This document shows positions 37,235-49,915 of a stretch of 64,000 nucleotides of DNA, piece by piece. The stretch's first letter is position 1, and every line of letters begins with the position of its first letter. A program made the translations under genes and the position numbers. Source of the stretch: Octopus sinensis (Eukaryota). The notes beneath the pieces are model-generated. The model ran no database searches. It saw only the letters and a list, made by a program, of their open reading frames with translations, and was not told the DNA's origin. The DNA lies in NCBI RefSeq assembly GCF_006345805.1, contig NC_043019.1, positions 20,707,360-20,771,359 on the forward strand, read 5' to 3'.

Positions 37235-37693
37235 GGTGCCCTTTTACGTGCCACGGGTATGGAAGCCAGTTGGCTGCTCTGGCAACGATCACGCTCGGAT
37301 GGTGCTCTAGTAGGGTGCCACGAGCACCATCTGAGCGTGATTGTTGCCAGGGCAGCCAACTGGCTTCTGTACCCATGGCACGTAAAAGGGCATCATTCGA
37401 GCGTGATCGTTACCAATGTTGCTTCACTAGGACCTGTGCCGGTGGCACATGTAAAAACATTCGAGCGAGGTCATTGCCAGTACCGCCTGACTGGCCCCCG
37501 TGCCGGTGGCATGTAAAAAGCACCCACTACACCGTCGGAGTGGTTGGCGTTAGGAAGGGCATCCAGCTGTAGAAACTCTGCCAGATCAAGATTGGAGCCT
37601 GGTGCAGCCATCTGGTTCGCCAGTCCTCAGTCAAATCTTCCAACCCATGCTAGCATGGAAAGCGGATGTTAAACGATGATGATGATGATGATG
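37235..37693 (+). mobile_element. RTE family E 3'UTR, low divergence
   Basis: CpG-rich UTR with internal repeat units and (GAT)n tail. Confidence 0.85.
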
Positions 37694-37873
37694 AATGAAA
37701 AAATTATAAGATATAAAATCATGAAAGAATTTGCTATTTAAATTCTAAGAAACATTTTCTCTCCCCACCACGCCACTTCATTGAGATAAGACGTAAGGTG
37801 AGAAATCTAGGTTTAAGGTCAAACCATACTAGAATTATGCACAATGCTATTTAGTACAATGTGTGCATGTGCA

Positions 37874-37904
<31 letters not shown>

Positions 37905-38165
37905 GTTTGTGTGTGGTGTGTGTGTGTGTGTGTATTCTTTTATTCTTTTACTTGTTTCAGTCATTTGACTGTGGCCATGCTGGAGCACTGCCATTATTCA
38001 AAAAAATCGACCCCAGGACTTATTCTTTGTAAGCCTAGTACTTATTCTATTGGTCTCTTTTGCCAAACCGCTAAGTTACAAGGACGTAAACACACCAACA
38101 TCAGTTGTCAAGCAACAGTGGTGGGGATCAAACATTGACACACAAACACACACACATATATATAT

Positions 38166-38400
38166 ACCGGAGTAAACACATAAATGTGAAACAAGGTGGA
38201 AAAAAGAGTACTCAAATACCAGGGGTAGAGTAATATGCTTTATTTAAAAGCAGCAGAAATTCAACAAAACCTGTTACTCTGGGTTTCCCGTTCCCGTTCG
38301 TCGGACAGTTTTTGTTAAAAAAACTGTCCGACGAACGGGAACGTGAAACCCAGAGTAACAGGTTTTGTTGAATTTCTGCTGCTTTTAAATAAAGAATAAT
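38166..38400. mobile_element. PLE-type foldback (hammerhead family 1), inserted in the microsatellite of a minus-strand SINE A/B (~37935-38570)
   Basis: 75-bp arms 38239-38313 and 38319-38393 with one mismatch. Each arm carries the CCGACGA..GAAA..GUA motif (+ copy at 38320-38366). Confidence 0.75.
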
Positions 38401-38740
38401 ACATATATATATATTTATATACGACAGGCTTTTTCCAGTTTCCATCTACCAAATCCACTCACAAGGCTTCGGTTTGCCAGAGGCTATAGTAGAAGATACC
38501 TGCCCAAGGACTGAGCCCGGAGCCATGTGTTTGGGAAGCAAGCACCTTACCACACAGCTACACCTGTGCCTATATATATATATATGGCACATGTCTCGAT
38601 TCAATAGCCAGTGTATACTGTGGCCATTGACAATTATATTGTCAATAAATGGTCTTATCATTACATGACCTTATCTAAAAATATTTTGATAACAGAAATT
38701 ATTTATTTACACACACACGTGCGCACACATAGATTAAGGA

Positions 38741-38784
38741 TCTTCAGTGCATTGTACTTATGCGCCAGTGTAAACAAACAAAAA

Positions 38785-38815
<31 letters not shown>

Positions 38816-38902
38816 ATATATATATATATATATATATACCATACAACATACCAGATATACATATTTGTATCTATTATACAGTTATCTATGTCTATCTATA
38901 CA

Positions 38903-38945
<43 letters not shown>

Positions 38946-39015
38946 CCACACACACACACATGGATAAAGGGTCTTCAGTGCATTGTACTTATGCGCCAGT
39001 GTAAACAAACAAAAA

Positions 39016-39046
<31 letters not shown>

Positions 39047-39242
39047 ATATATATATATATATATATATACCATACAACATACCAGATATACATATTTGTA
39101 TCTATTATACAGTTATCTATGTCTATCTATACACACACATACACACACACACACACACCACACACACACCACACAACCACACACACACACATGGATAAAG
39201 GGTCTTCAGTGCATTGTACTTATGCGCCAGTGTAAACAAACA

Positions 39243-39283
<41 letters not shown>

Positions 39284-39366
39284 ATATATATATATATATA
39301 TACCATACAACATACCAGATATACATATTTGTATCTATTATACAGTTATCTATGTCTATCTATACA

Positions 39367-39412
<46 letters not shown>

Positions 39413-39470
39413 ACACACACACATGGATAAAGGGTCTTCAGTGCATTGTACTTATGTGCCAGTGTAAACA
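38741..39470. repeat. 231-bp compound minisatellite, ~3.2 units
   Basis: TCTTCAGTGCATTG recurs at 38741, 38972, 39203 and 39435; each unit contains (TG)n, (TA)n and (CA)n. Confidence 0.95.
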
Positions 39471-39769
39471 ACATAAATGTTATATATAATTCCAAGAGAG
39501 TTAGAGGCTGTGAATCCAACCAACTAAGGGATAATATCTATCCAGTATACTGCTGGTGGAATACCCAATTATTAATACACAAGTGTTTTTTTTTTATTGC
39601 ATTGCAATTACATTACTGAGTGTAATAAATGGGTGAGGGTAAAGAATTATTTTACCCTTAATTTATACAGCTATAAGAAACTGGAGGGGATACAGAAATA
39701 GTATACATCAACTGTTAGACATTATATTATGTCTATTTATTTTAAACAATTATGAGAATATATACACCA

Positions 39770-40045
39770 TCCGATCGTGGCCGTTGCCAGCCTCGCCTGG
39801 CCCCCATGGCACGTAAAAAGCACCATCCGTCCGTGGCCGTTTGCCAGCTCCGTCTAGCACCTGTGCAGGTGGCACGTAAAAAGCACCCACTACACTCACG
39901 GAGTGGTTGGCTTTAGGAAGGGCATCCAGCCGTAGAAACACTGCCAGATCAGACTGGGCCTGATGCAGCCTTCTGGCTTCACAGACCCCAGTTGAACCGT
40001 CCAACCCATGCCAGCATGGAAAGCGGACGTTAAATGATGATGATA
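39770..40045 (+). mobile_element. RTE family E 3'UTR fragment
   Basis: Shared UTR and GAT tail. Confidence 0.85.
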
Positions 40046-40444
40046 TACATATGTAAAGACAGTGTATTACATACATAAGTACCAGTAATTCCTAGAATAG
40101 AAGAAGAAAAGGAACAGTTTCTTACAGCCGTTTCTGCCGAGGGGTCACAATACCCCATATGTTATTTCCATCTCTTCAGGGTTCTGTAGTGATTGGTATA
40201 TAAAATTAAGGTATTGGGTGTGCCTCTAGGCTTCATCAGAGAGTCAAAAAGAGGGTCTAAGATGATCAGAAGGCTAATGTATGCATATATAAAAATACAT
40301 ATACACACTTATATATATATATATATATATCACGTCACATGACCGACCAGACCATCAGATGTTGTTACACATCGCTGGTCACAATGCGTTCGCATTGTAT
40401 TAGCCTTTGAATGACGCCACCCCGCTGGCTAAGCGAGCAGGCCA

Positions 40445-40475
<31 letters not shown>

Positions 40476-40722
40476 AATACACACATACACACATACAGAT
40501 CATTGTCATCATCATAATCATCATCATCACTATTATTATTATTATTATTATCATTATTATTATTATTATTATTATCATTATTATTATTATTATTGCTATT
40601 ATTACTGTCGTTGTTGTCATTGCACTTATCTGAAATAGAATGTATTTAAAAATTGCCACAAAGCATTTTGCCCAGTGTGCTAATCATTCTGCCAGCCTGG
40701 TGCCTTAGATCATTATCTAATA

Positions 40723-41114
40723 CCAACATATCGCCTGGCGTTGCTCGGGTTTGTTTCGACCCTTTAGAATTGGAATTTTTGAAAAGTAAAAATTTTGCAT
40801 TATGTAGCTTGTTATTTTCTTTAAGTGAACATTTTTCTGGTTGAAATACACCGAAAAATGGCGACACAGCAGTCAAACAATCGTACCAAAATAGGGATTT
40901 TCATAGGAAAAAAGCACCTTTTTGATATAAATAATTTTTTGTGTTAACATGGTCTGATTTGAATTTTATCTTCTACAGAATGAAGAGCAAGCCTTCTTCT
41001 ATCTTACACTCAATTTTGGTCAACTTGTGCCACAGGGTCTCGGAAGAGATAGTGTTAGTTGAAGACTACCAAACCTGCCATACACAGACAACTTCAGCTT
41101 TATATATAAAGAGA
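40723..41114 (-). mobile_element. non-autonomous Helitron N2
   Basis: Degenerate CTAG end, hairpin, TC start. Confidence 0.8.
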
Positions 41115-41408
41115 TTAACAACCAAAACCTTAAAAAAAAACCAAAAAATTACAACTTCAATTTCTAACCTCACTGCAAAATATTATTACTGGATCCTTTA
41201 AATGGAAGTGAAGGTGAATGGTCGAGCGGTTAGGGTGTTACATTCATAATCATAAGATTGTGCTTTTGATCCTGGAGCCAAATGATGCATTGCATTCTAA
41301 AGGAAAACACTACATTTCACAATGTGCCACTCCACTCAGCTATAGATCAGTAACTTTGCAATGGACTGGTATCCCATGAAGGGGTAATGTTGGGACATCA
41401 GTCATTTA

Positions 41409-41807
41409 TCTTTATATATAAAAGTCAAGTTGTGTGTCTGTCTCCTACGATTTAGATTCCTAACTACTCCCACATTTTGCGGTGCAGTTTAACCAAAACC
41501 GGGTATCTTATAGTCGTGATACATATCGAGCCCTTCTGGGTATTAGTGCGCATCTATGATGAGTCTACGATTTAAAAAAAAATTTACCATCATTTTTTCC
41601 CATTTTTAATGCATTTTTTCGCTATTATATAAGGGAAGTAACTCTCTAAAAATGTCTACGATGAGTCAACGATTTAAAAAAAAATTTACTATCATTTTTT
41701 TTCCATTTTTAATACATTTTTTTGCTATTTTTTGGGTATAACTCTCTAAAAATGCTTATATAGTTATTTCCCTTACAAACCCGAGCAACGCCGGGCGATA
41801 CTGCTAG
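41409..41807 (+). mobile_element. non-autonomous Helitron N1 (399 bp)
   Basis: A|TC...CCCGAGCAACGCCGGG CGATACTG CTAG|T. Confidence 0.85.
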
Positions 41808-42454
41808 TATTCCATAAAAACCAGGTAAAGATCTGACCTGATGAGTCTTAGGGCTCAAGACAAAGACTAATTCATTATTTAAATGGGAATTGTTTAGCAA
41901 TCTTAAGGATTTCACAAAAGGATATTGATAAATCAATGATTCAGTCACCAAGTTATATCTGTTTAACAGCAAAACTGGTTGATCTGAAATGAGCTTAGTT
42001 TAGAATGATTGAACGATTAGGAACAGTCATGGGCAAAGTAAGGGATGCTCCATTTATGAAATTAATACTGGTTGTATTGATCATAGAATCTTAGTCATGA
42101 GACATGGGTATAACAAACGGGTTGATTAGTAACCGTGGGAATAAGAAATAAAAAGGGGAACAGGTGCAAAATATATGACTAAAAGTATTGATATAACCGT
42201 ACAGTCATTGCATAATTTTAATTTAGACAATCAAATATATGCAACACTAAGCAAACACACATACTTACACACACCAATACATATACATACAAATACATAC
42301 ATACACGCATTCAAATACATACACACATACAAAGACACAAAAACACACACATAGAAAGACACAAACATACACACACACATATATATGTGAATACAAGTAA
42401 CCATGCATATACACACAAATATACATGATCATTTACCTATACAAATACATATAT

Positions 42455-42860
42455 CTCTCTATCCGCTCAGTCGAAGTCGACTCTCGGTCACTCGTTGGAT
42501 CAGTGTCCTCCAGTCAGTTCTATCCTGGGCCGCTTCTTTCAGATTGGCTATGTCCATTCCGGTGTCACTCTTGATGGTGTCAAGCCAGCGGGTTCTTGGT
42601 CGGCCTCTTCCTCTCTTGCCACTGACCATTCTGAGCATGATGTCCTTCTCCAGGGATTTTCTCCGCATAATATGACCGAAATATGCCAATCTGTGCTTAG
42701 TGATCCTAGCTTCTAGCAACATTTTCAGCCTTATCTGCTTAAGAACTTCTCCATTGGTGAGCCTCGCTGTCCATGGAATCTGTAAAAAGTCTTCTCCAAC
42801 ACCAAAGCTCGAATGCATTAATTCTCTTCTGGTCAGCTTTCTTTAGTGACCAGGTCTCGC
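42455..42860 (-). mobile_element. 5'-truncated RTE LINE, BovB-like ORF2 end (second RTE family)
   Basis: CETWSLKKADQKRINAFELWCWRRLLQIPWTARLTN..LAYFGHIMRRKSLEKDIML..VSGKRGRGRPRTRWLD, with one +1 frameshift at A5 42784-88. TSD ATACATATAT (42445-54, 42861-70). Confidence 0.9.
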
Positions 42861-42898
42861 ATACATATATATGAGTGGGTATATGCATACAAACATTG

Positions 42899-43232
42899 GG
42901 ATCTTTTCGGTTTGAACGGCAGATTTTTCTAGCGGTGTCATATGAAATTGTCACCCATAATTATGACCCTAGTATTGATCTATTGCATTTCAATCTGTTT
43001 TAGGGTTAGGGGTGGTGAGAAGGGTATCTTTTTACTTCAGAAATGTAAATAAACCCAATCTGTTTCTTAAACGAGGGACATATTCATACGGCACAGAATG
43101 TTTTCACCTCAATAGACGGTCATTGATTGGTTGAAATTGCAGAAATTGAAGAAAAAAAACAACAAATATCTTACAAACTGTAGAATTTTCTCAATAAAGC
43201 CAAGAGAAAAAGATGTTTTATAAACACATATA
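42899..43232. mobile_element. GGATC-ended MITE, right end lost
   Basis: Left TIR GGATCTTTTCGGTTTGAACGGCAG; body matches 54289-54686. Confidence 0.85.
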
Positions 43233-43861
43233 AACCCCGAAAGGATGAAAGGCAAAGTCAACCTCAGCGGAATTTGAACTCTCTAAGCATTTTGCCTGAT
43301 GTGCTAGTGGTTCTGCCAGCTTGCCAGCAATATATATAAACAACAATCGACTGATATACACTTGTTCATAGACATACATACAAATTTATGTGCACACATA
43401 CACACATACAAGCACAAGCATACATGCATGCACAGGCACACATACATACACACACAAGCATATGTATTCATACATACTCTTACACACAGGTATTGTGTAC
43501 CTTTGTCAGTGGAGCATATCAGAGTGAAACCTATTTGACTAGTAATCCGAATCAGGCCATGAGGTGACTTTTGTGTGGTGATGCTTGTAGTTTAAAGCAA
43601 TACAATCTATGTCTAATGGCAATGTTGTTATTTTAATTCTTATGTAATTACTCTTACAGGAAGAAAAGAAAATCATAAAAAGTATAAAAGATTAAATTAT
43701 TGAGAACCATCAAACTATAACTACCTTGCCAAAGAAAAAAGAAGAAAAAGGGGTGGGGATTAAGATGATGGGTGGGGAGTGACAGGTTTTTACATCCGAG
43801 ACCAAATGGTGAGTTCAAAATTCTCAAGATTTCCCATACATATATATATATATATATATAT

Positions 43862-44190
43862 ACTCTTTTACTCTTTTACTTTAATTGAGCAACTCGACCC
43901 TGGGACTTATTCTTTGTAAGCCCAGTACTTATGCTAAGTTTCGGGGACGTAAATACACCACCATCGGTTGTCAAGCAATGTTGGGGAGCAAATACAGACA
44001 CAAACACACACACACACATACATATATACATATATATACGACGGATTTCTTTCAGTTTCCGTCTACCAAATCCACTCACAAGGCTTTGGTCGGCTCGAGG
44101 CTATAGTAGAAGACACTAGCCCAAGGTGCCACGCAGTGGGACTGAATTCGGAACCATGTGGTTGGTAAGCAAGCTACTTACCACACAGCA
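43862..44190 (-). mobile_element. SINE A/B with internal deletions
   Basis: Both halves recognisable. Confidence 0.8.
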
Positions 44191-44828
44191 AATAATCTTA
44201 TAAGAATTTTTAAAATAATTATAAAGTAGTTAAAAATAGTATAATGGAATAAAATAAAATAAAATAAGGTAATGTAATAGGATAAGGTTCAATATCAAGT
44301 GAAATGTGAATTGGAAAAAATAATAAAAATAATAGAATATAAAAATATAAAAAATTTCCTAGTATATAAGGCAATCTTTAAAATGGATGAGATAAAAATC
44401 GGACCAGTATCAATTACATAGTAGCAGGTACAGAACAAGCATTTATTCATAGTTTCAGTTAATGCAGGTATAAGAGTTAATGGCCATGAGAAAACATAAT
44501 ATGATATAATAAAGGTCATGCAGTTTATTACATTATAGACTCATTTTAGTACTAATTAAAATAGGTATAATATGGATATAAAAAGTATATTAGAGTAATC
44601 AAAAATATAACTAACTAAAACAAGAGTTCAGATGGGAGCTAAGAGGTTAGGAAATCTTTATTATATAACCACATTAGTAATTTTTTACTACACATCCATG
44701 ATAGAAAGTAAAAAGAGAGTATAGCGACCAGAAATGGTGAGATAAAACTGGGGATAGACGGTTATGTAATACTTTTAAAAAGTGGAGAGTATTTCGTGAA
44801 TGCATGAAACTCTAAGATCTAATTTATC

Positions 44829-45060
44829 TATTTCTTTACTACCCACAAGGGGCTAAACACAGAAGGGACAAACAAGGACAGGCAAACGGATTAAGTCGAT
44901 CATATCAACCCCAGTGCGTAACTGGTACTTATTTAATCTACCCTGAAAGGATGAAAGGCAAAGTCGACCTCGGCGGAATTTGAACTCAGAACGTAGCGGC
45001 AAACGAAATACTGCAAAACATTTCGCCCAGCGTGCTAACAATTCTGCCAGCTTGCCGCCT
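44829..45060 (-). mobile_element. full-length SINE family D
   Basis: Perfect 13-bp TSD GATCTAATTTATC (44816-44828, 45061-45073). Confidence 0.9.
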
Positions 45061-45369
45061 GATCTAATTTATCATTAATTAAATTATCATTGTTCCTATT
45101 TATTAATATTTCATATAGCTCCAGATAGCACAGTCCACGCCCATATCTGTGGTTGCAGAGTGGGCTCATGATATATTCAGCCAGGTATAGTTAATTGTAT
45201 ACATGACCTGAATATCATTCTACCTGTATTTCAGTACCTGCATATGTATTCCTCTATTTTTGTTGTGTACATATTTTACTTTTCGACCTGACCCGGTACC
45301 TTACCATTAAGTGCCTGATTCACTGAAACCCTGATCTATTATATATGTATATATATATATATATATGTA

Positions 45370-45998
45370 CAGGGGTTAGACAAAAGAATGGAAACACCTA
45401 GCATCATAGCATTATAAATTTGAAATATCTATAAAACCGTCAAAAGTTTGTTTATTTTTATGTTTTTTTGATTTATTGTTAGTGTTGCTTAATATGTTTT
45501 GCTAAAATTGCTGTTTCTTTTCAGATATCATCAGAAAAAGGTAACTAAAATTCATTAAAATTACAGATCTATCGGACTTTCAAAGAGGTCAATTTGCTGG
45601 TGTTCAATTGGCAGGTGCTATCATTAGGAAAACATCTGAAATGTTTGGTGTATCAAGAAGTACTGTCTCAAAAGTAATGACAGCCTTTGAGAAAGAGGGA
45701 AAAACCTCCCCATCAAAACAAAACTCCGGAAAAAAACCAAAACTAACAATTACACAAATTGTTAGAAAGGATCCAAAAAGTACAATTCCCAAAATTACTG
45801 CAGAGCTTAATGACTACCTTGAGAACCCAGTTTCCACAAAAACTGTTTGCTGGGAGCTGCACAAAGCTGGATTTCACGAGAGGACTGCAATCAGAAAACC
45901 ACTACTTTCAAAAACTGATGTTGCAAGGCATTTAGACTGGAGTAAAACCCCACAGAATTGGTCCTGAGAGCAGTGGAAGAATGTTGTTTTCTCAGTTG
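45370..45998 (+). mobile_element. Tc1-family transposon, left end and N-terminal transposase relic
   Basis: TA|CAGGGG left end; DLSDFQRGQ..G...AG....TSEMFGVSRSTVSKV..STKTV..ELHKAGF....AIRKPLLS..W..EQWKNVVFS; truncated at the first catalytic D. Confidence 0.9.
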
Positions 45999-46495
45999 AT
46001 GCTTTTTACGTGCCACTAACATGGAAGCCAGTCAAGGCGGTGTTGGCATCGGCCACGTTCAGATGGTGCTTTTTACGTGCCACCAGCACAGGGATCACAT
46101 CTACAATTTCCATTTGATTTTGAATTTGATATACTTGACTCAATAGGTCTCCTCAAGCACAGCATGTTGCCCTACGATCCAAGGTACTTTCAAGTGGGCT
46201 CGTTATGCAACACAGGTGTAGGTTACAGCTGTGAACTGACTTTATTTGCTGTGTCTTCTCAGTCACAGCACACCTCCAGAGGTCTCGGTCTTTTGTAATT
46301 GCTTCTTTGAGGCCCAACGTTCAAAGGTCATGCTTCACCACCTCATCCCACGTCTCCCTCTATCCCAGATTCCTTCCACTGTTCGGGGATGGCACTTCTT
46401 CACACAGCTCTCCTCATCCATCTGTAGTATGTAACCATAGCAACGCAAACGTCTCTCTTGCATGCTACTGCAAGTTTTATTCGTTTGCGACTTAA
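45995..46495 (-). mobile_element. RTE family E fragment with ORF2 C-terminus
   Basis: RRLRCYGYILQMDEESCVKKCH..VEGIWDRGR. Confidence 0.8.
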
Positions 46496-46689
46496 GCCCT
46501 ATTCTGAATTTATTCCTGTGTCCCCACCAAAGTATCTCCATGCTCCACCAGTGGGGGGAGCAGTCCCACCTTAAGAAGCACTGGGACCAGATGCAGTATT
46601 ATGTCTTCTGTTCTAGACCAGACTCCAGCCAACAGCCATTCACTCATCAACCAATATTGCATCCCTATCTTCTACCTGCCTCTCTATAT

Positions 46690-47560
46690 ATCTGTCTGTC
46701 CTTCTGTCTGTCTGCCTGCCTGCCAGTCTGTCTGTCTGTCTGTCTGCCTGTCAGTCAGTCTGTTTATCTGTCTTTCTGTCTGTCTGTCTTTCTGTCTATC
46801 TGTCTTTCTGTCTGTCTGTCTATCTGTCTTTCTGTCTATCTGTCTTTCTGTCTTTCTGTCTATCTGTCTTTCTGTCTGTCTGTCTTTCTGTCTATGTCTT
46901 TCTGTCTGTCTGTCTTTCTGTCTATCTGTCTTTCTGTCTTTCTGTCTTTCTGTCTATCTGTCTTTCTGTCTGTCTGTCTTTCTGTCTATCTGTCTTTCTG
47001 TCTATCTGTCTTTCTGTCTATCTGTCATTCTGTCTATGTCTTTCTGTCTGTCTGTCTTTCTGTCTTCTGTCTGTCTGTCTGTCTTTCTGTCTGTCTGTCT
47101 TTCTGTCTGTCTGTCTTTCTGTCTGTCTGTCTTTCTGTCTGTCTGTCTGTCTTTCTGTCAGTCTGTCTTTCTGTCTGTCTGTCTTTCTGTCTATCTGTCT
47201 TCTGTCTGTCTGTCTTTCTGTCTGTCTGTCTGTCTGCCTGCCTGTCAGTCTGTTTATCCGTCTGCCTGTTTGTGTGTCTGCTTGTGTCTGTCTGTTTGTC
47301 TGCATGTCTGTCTGTCTTCCTTTCTGTCTGACTGCATGTCTGTCTGTCTGCCATTTTGTCTGCCTGCATATCTGCCAGTCTGTCTGTCTGCCTATCTGTC
47401 TATCTGCATGTCTGTATGTCTGTCTGTCTGTCTATCTGTATGAATGCATGTCTGTCTATCTCTGCATGTCTGACTGTCTGCTATTTTGTCTGCCTGCATG
47501 TTTGTCAGTCTGTCTGTCTGCTTATCAGTCTATCTGCATGTCTGTCTGCATGTCTGTCTC
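46690..47560. repeat. ~870-bp compound (TCTG/TCTT/TCTA)n
   Basis: Directly visible; source of the LSVCLSVF ORFs. Confidence 0.95.
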
Positions 47561-47889
47561 CACTCCATCCCCTCCCTCTTTAATTACATAAATCCAAATG
47601 TTTCAAGTGTGTGTGTGGGTGTATCACGCCATAGAAGCAGAGATATTTCTTTTCCCTGTGGCAATCACTGTTCCATCTGACCTGTCAAGTATAATAATGA
47701 CTCAACTCAGTTATTTTTCAAAGTGGTGGTCACTTTAAAATAAAGTGGACACAACCAAGTTTTTTGAGCAGATGTTGATACATCTGTGATAGTTGTAGGG
47801 TGATGGTAAGTGCAAAATAATAAACTGCAAACATACACACACACAATCACAAAACATACACACACATACTATATATATATATATATATC

Positions 47890-48790
47890 ACCATCATCAT
47901 CATCATCATCATCATTGTTTAATGTCTGCTTTCTATGCTGGCATGGGTTGGATAGTTTGATTGAAGACTCCAATCTGATCTAGCAAGGTTTCTACAACTG
48001 GATGCTCTTCCTAATGCCAACCACTCCGAGAGTGTAGTGGGTGCTTTTTACATGCCACTGGCATGAGGGCCAGTTAGGCAGTACTGGCATTCAGCATGCT
48101 TGAATGGTGTTTTTTACACACCACCAGCACAGGAGCCAGTCAGGTGGCACTGGCAATGACCATGCTTGAATGGTGCTTTTTACATACCACTAGTACAGGA
48201 GCCAGTCAGGCGGCACTGGCAATGACCATGCTTGAATGGTGCTTTTTACATACCGCTAGTACAGGAGCCAGTCAGGCGGCACTGGCAATGACCATGCTTG
48301 AATGGTGCTTTTTACGTTCCACCAGCATGGGAGCCAATTAGGCAGTACTGGCATTGGCTACGACAATGATTTCAATCGACTCAACAGCTCTTCTGAAGCA
48401 CAGTTTATTGCCCAATGATTGAAGGATACTCTTAAATAGGCCAGTTATGCTGCACTGGCATAGGCCACGGTTACAGTCTCACTTGGCTTGCTGGGTCTTC
48501 TCAAGCACAGCATATCTCCAAAGGTCTTGGTTTCTTGTTATCGCCTCCGTGATGCCCAACGTTTGAAGGTCGTGCTTCACCACCTCATCCCAGGTCTTCT
48601 TGAGCCTACCTCTTCCACAGGTTCATTCAACTGATAAGGTGTGACACTTTTTCACACAGCTATCCTCATCTATATGCAACACATGACCATATGAGTGCAG
48701 TCGTTTCTCTTGCACACCACATCACATGCTTCTTATGTGCAACTTTTCTCTCAGGGCGCTTACACTCTGTCGTGTATGCACACTGACATT
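47890..48790 (-). mobile_element. RTE family E 3' portion with ~58-bp UTR minisatellite
   Basis: ORF2 end, UTR with 4-5 units GCCAGTCAGGCGGCACTGGCAATGACCATGCTTGAATGG at ~48060-48360, (CAT)n tail. Confidence 0.85.
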
Positions 48791-48900
48791 ACACATCCAG
48801 TGGAGCATACTAGCCTCATTTCTTGCAAGCTTATGCATGTCCTCAGCAGTCATGGCCTATATTTATATATATATGTATGTATATGTGTGTGTGTGTATAT

Positions 48901-48945
<45 letters not shown>

Positions 48946-49193
48946 TATATAAAATTATGATTATTACCTTTGAAGGTCTTTTTATTCCCATGCTGGCCAC
49001 TTGATAAGATCGATATTTAAATTAACAATCTTATCCTTATTTATATATATATATATATATGAATATAGATGTGTGCATATGTATATATATACATATGTAT
49101 ATGTATATATATATACATGTGCATATGTATATATATATATGCTTTAGAGTGTGCTTCTTTTGCAGATTTATGATACATTGATGATTATATATA

Positions 49194-49236
<43 letters not shown>

Positions 49237-49519
49237 ACACACATACATAGACATACACATGCACTCAGTAGTATTGCCGTGACTGTATCAACTTTGAAAA
49301 AGAAACACACACAAAGAAAAAATAAGAAAATATATCTTTTAAATTCTATAAATATAATAATTACAACAATTATATATATTAGTAAGCCACTTGACACCAT
49401 TTTAAATAAAATATGTTACATGAGAATCCTATTTCAGGTTAATCTTCATGCTATAAGTACTGAAATGAAGTTTTTACACCCATATTCTTGCAGTGCTTTT
49501 ATTGAATATTCTAATAGGA

Positions 49520-49915
49520 GTCCTCCTCCTCCTTCTCCTCGTTGTCGTCATCGTCTTCGTCGTTGTCGTCATCATCATCATCATCACCATCACAATCACC
49601 ATCATCATCATCATCGTCATCGTTGTCATCGTCATCCTCCTCCTCCTCCTCTCTTCCCCTCTCCCTCCCCATCGTCGTCGTCGTCATCATCGTCGTCGTC
49701 GTCATCATCGTCGTCGTCGTCATTATCGTCGTCGTCGTCATCATCGTCGTCGTCGTCGTCATCATCATCATCGTCGTCATCGTCATCATCGTTGTCGTCG
49801 TCATCGTCATCATCATCATCATCAGCATCCTCCTCCTCTCTTCCCCTCACCCTCCCCATCGTCATCATCATCACCATCATTGTCGTTGTCATCGTCATCA
49901 TCATTATCATTTCAG
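49520..49915. repeat. (TCA/TCG/TCC)n compound tract
   Basis: Directly visible. Confidence 0.95.

Noticed and set aside
40120-40182. Minus-strand CTGAAGA...GAAACGGCTGTA hammerhead, and the overlapping + strand acceptor as an exon
   Set aside because: The helix II base and helix I do not pair. The sequence looks like a repeat relic, so the splice-like signal is also not trusted.
41838-41866. Hammerhead CTGATGA-GTCTT..AAGAC-AAA
   Set aside because: The core and helix II are good, but G12 is missing and I found no helix I/III partners or cleavage triplet. At most a relic.
46462-47591. Long ORFs (LSVCLSVF..; also the YIYI, VCVC, THTH, poly-S/H/D ORFs across the window)
   Set aside because: They are translations of microsatellites that lack stop codons; there is no coding signal.
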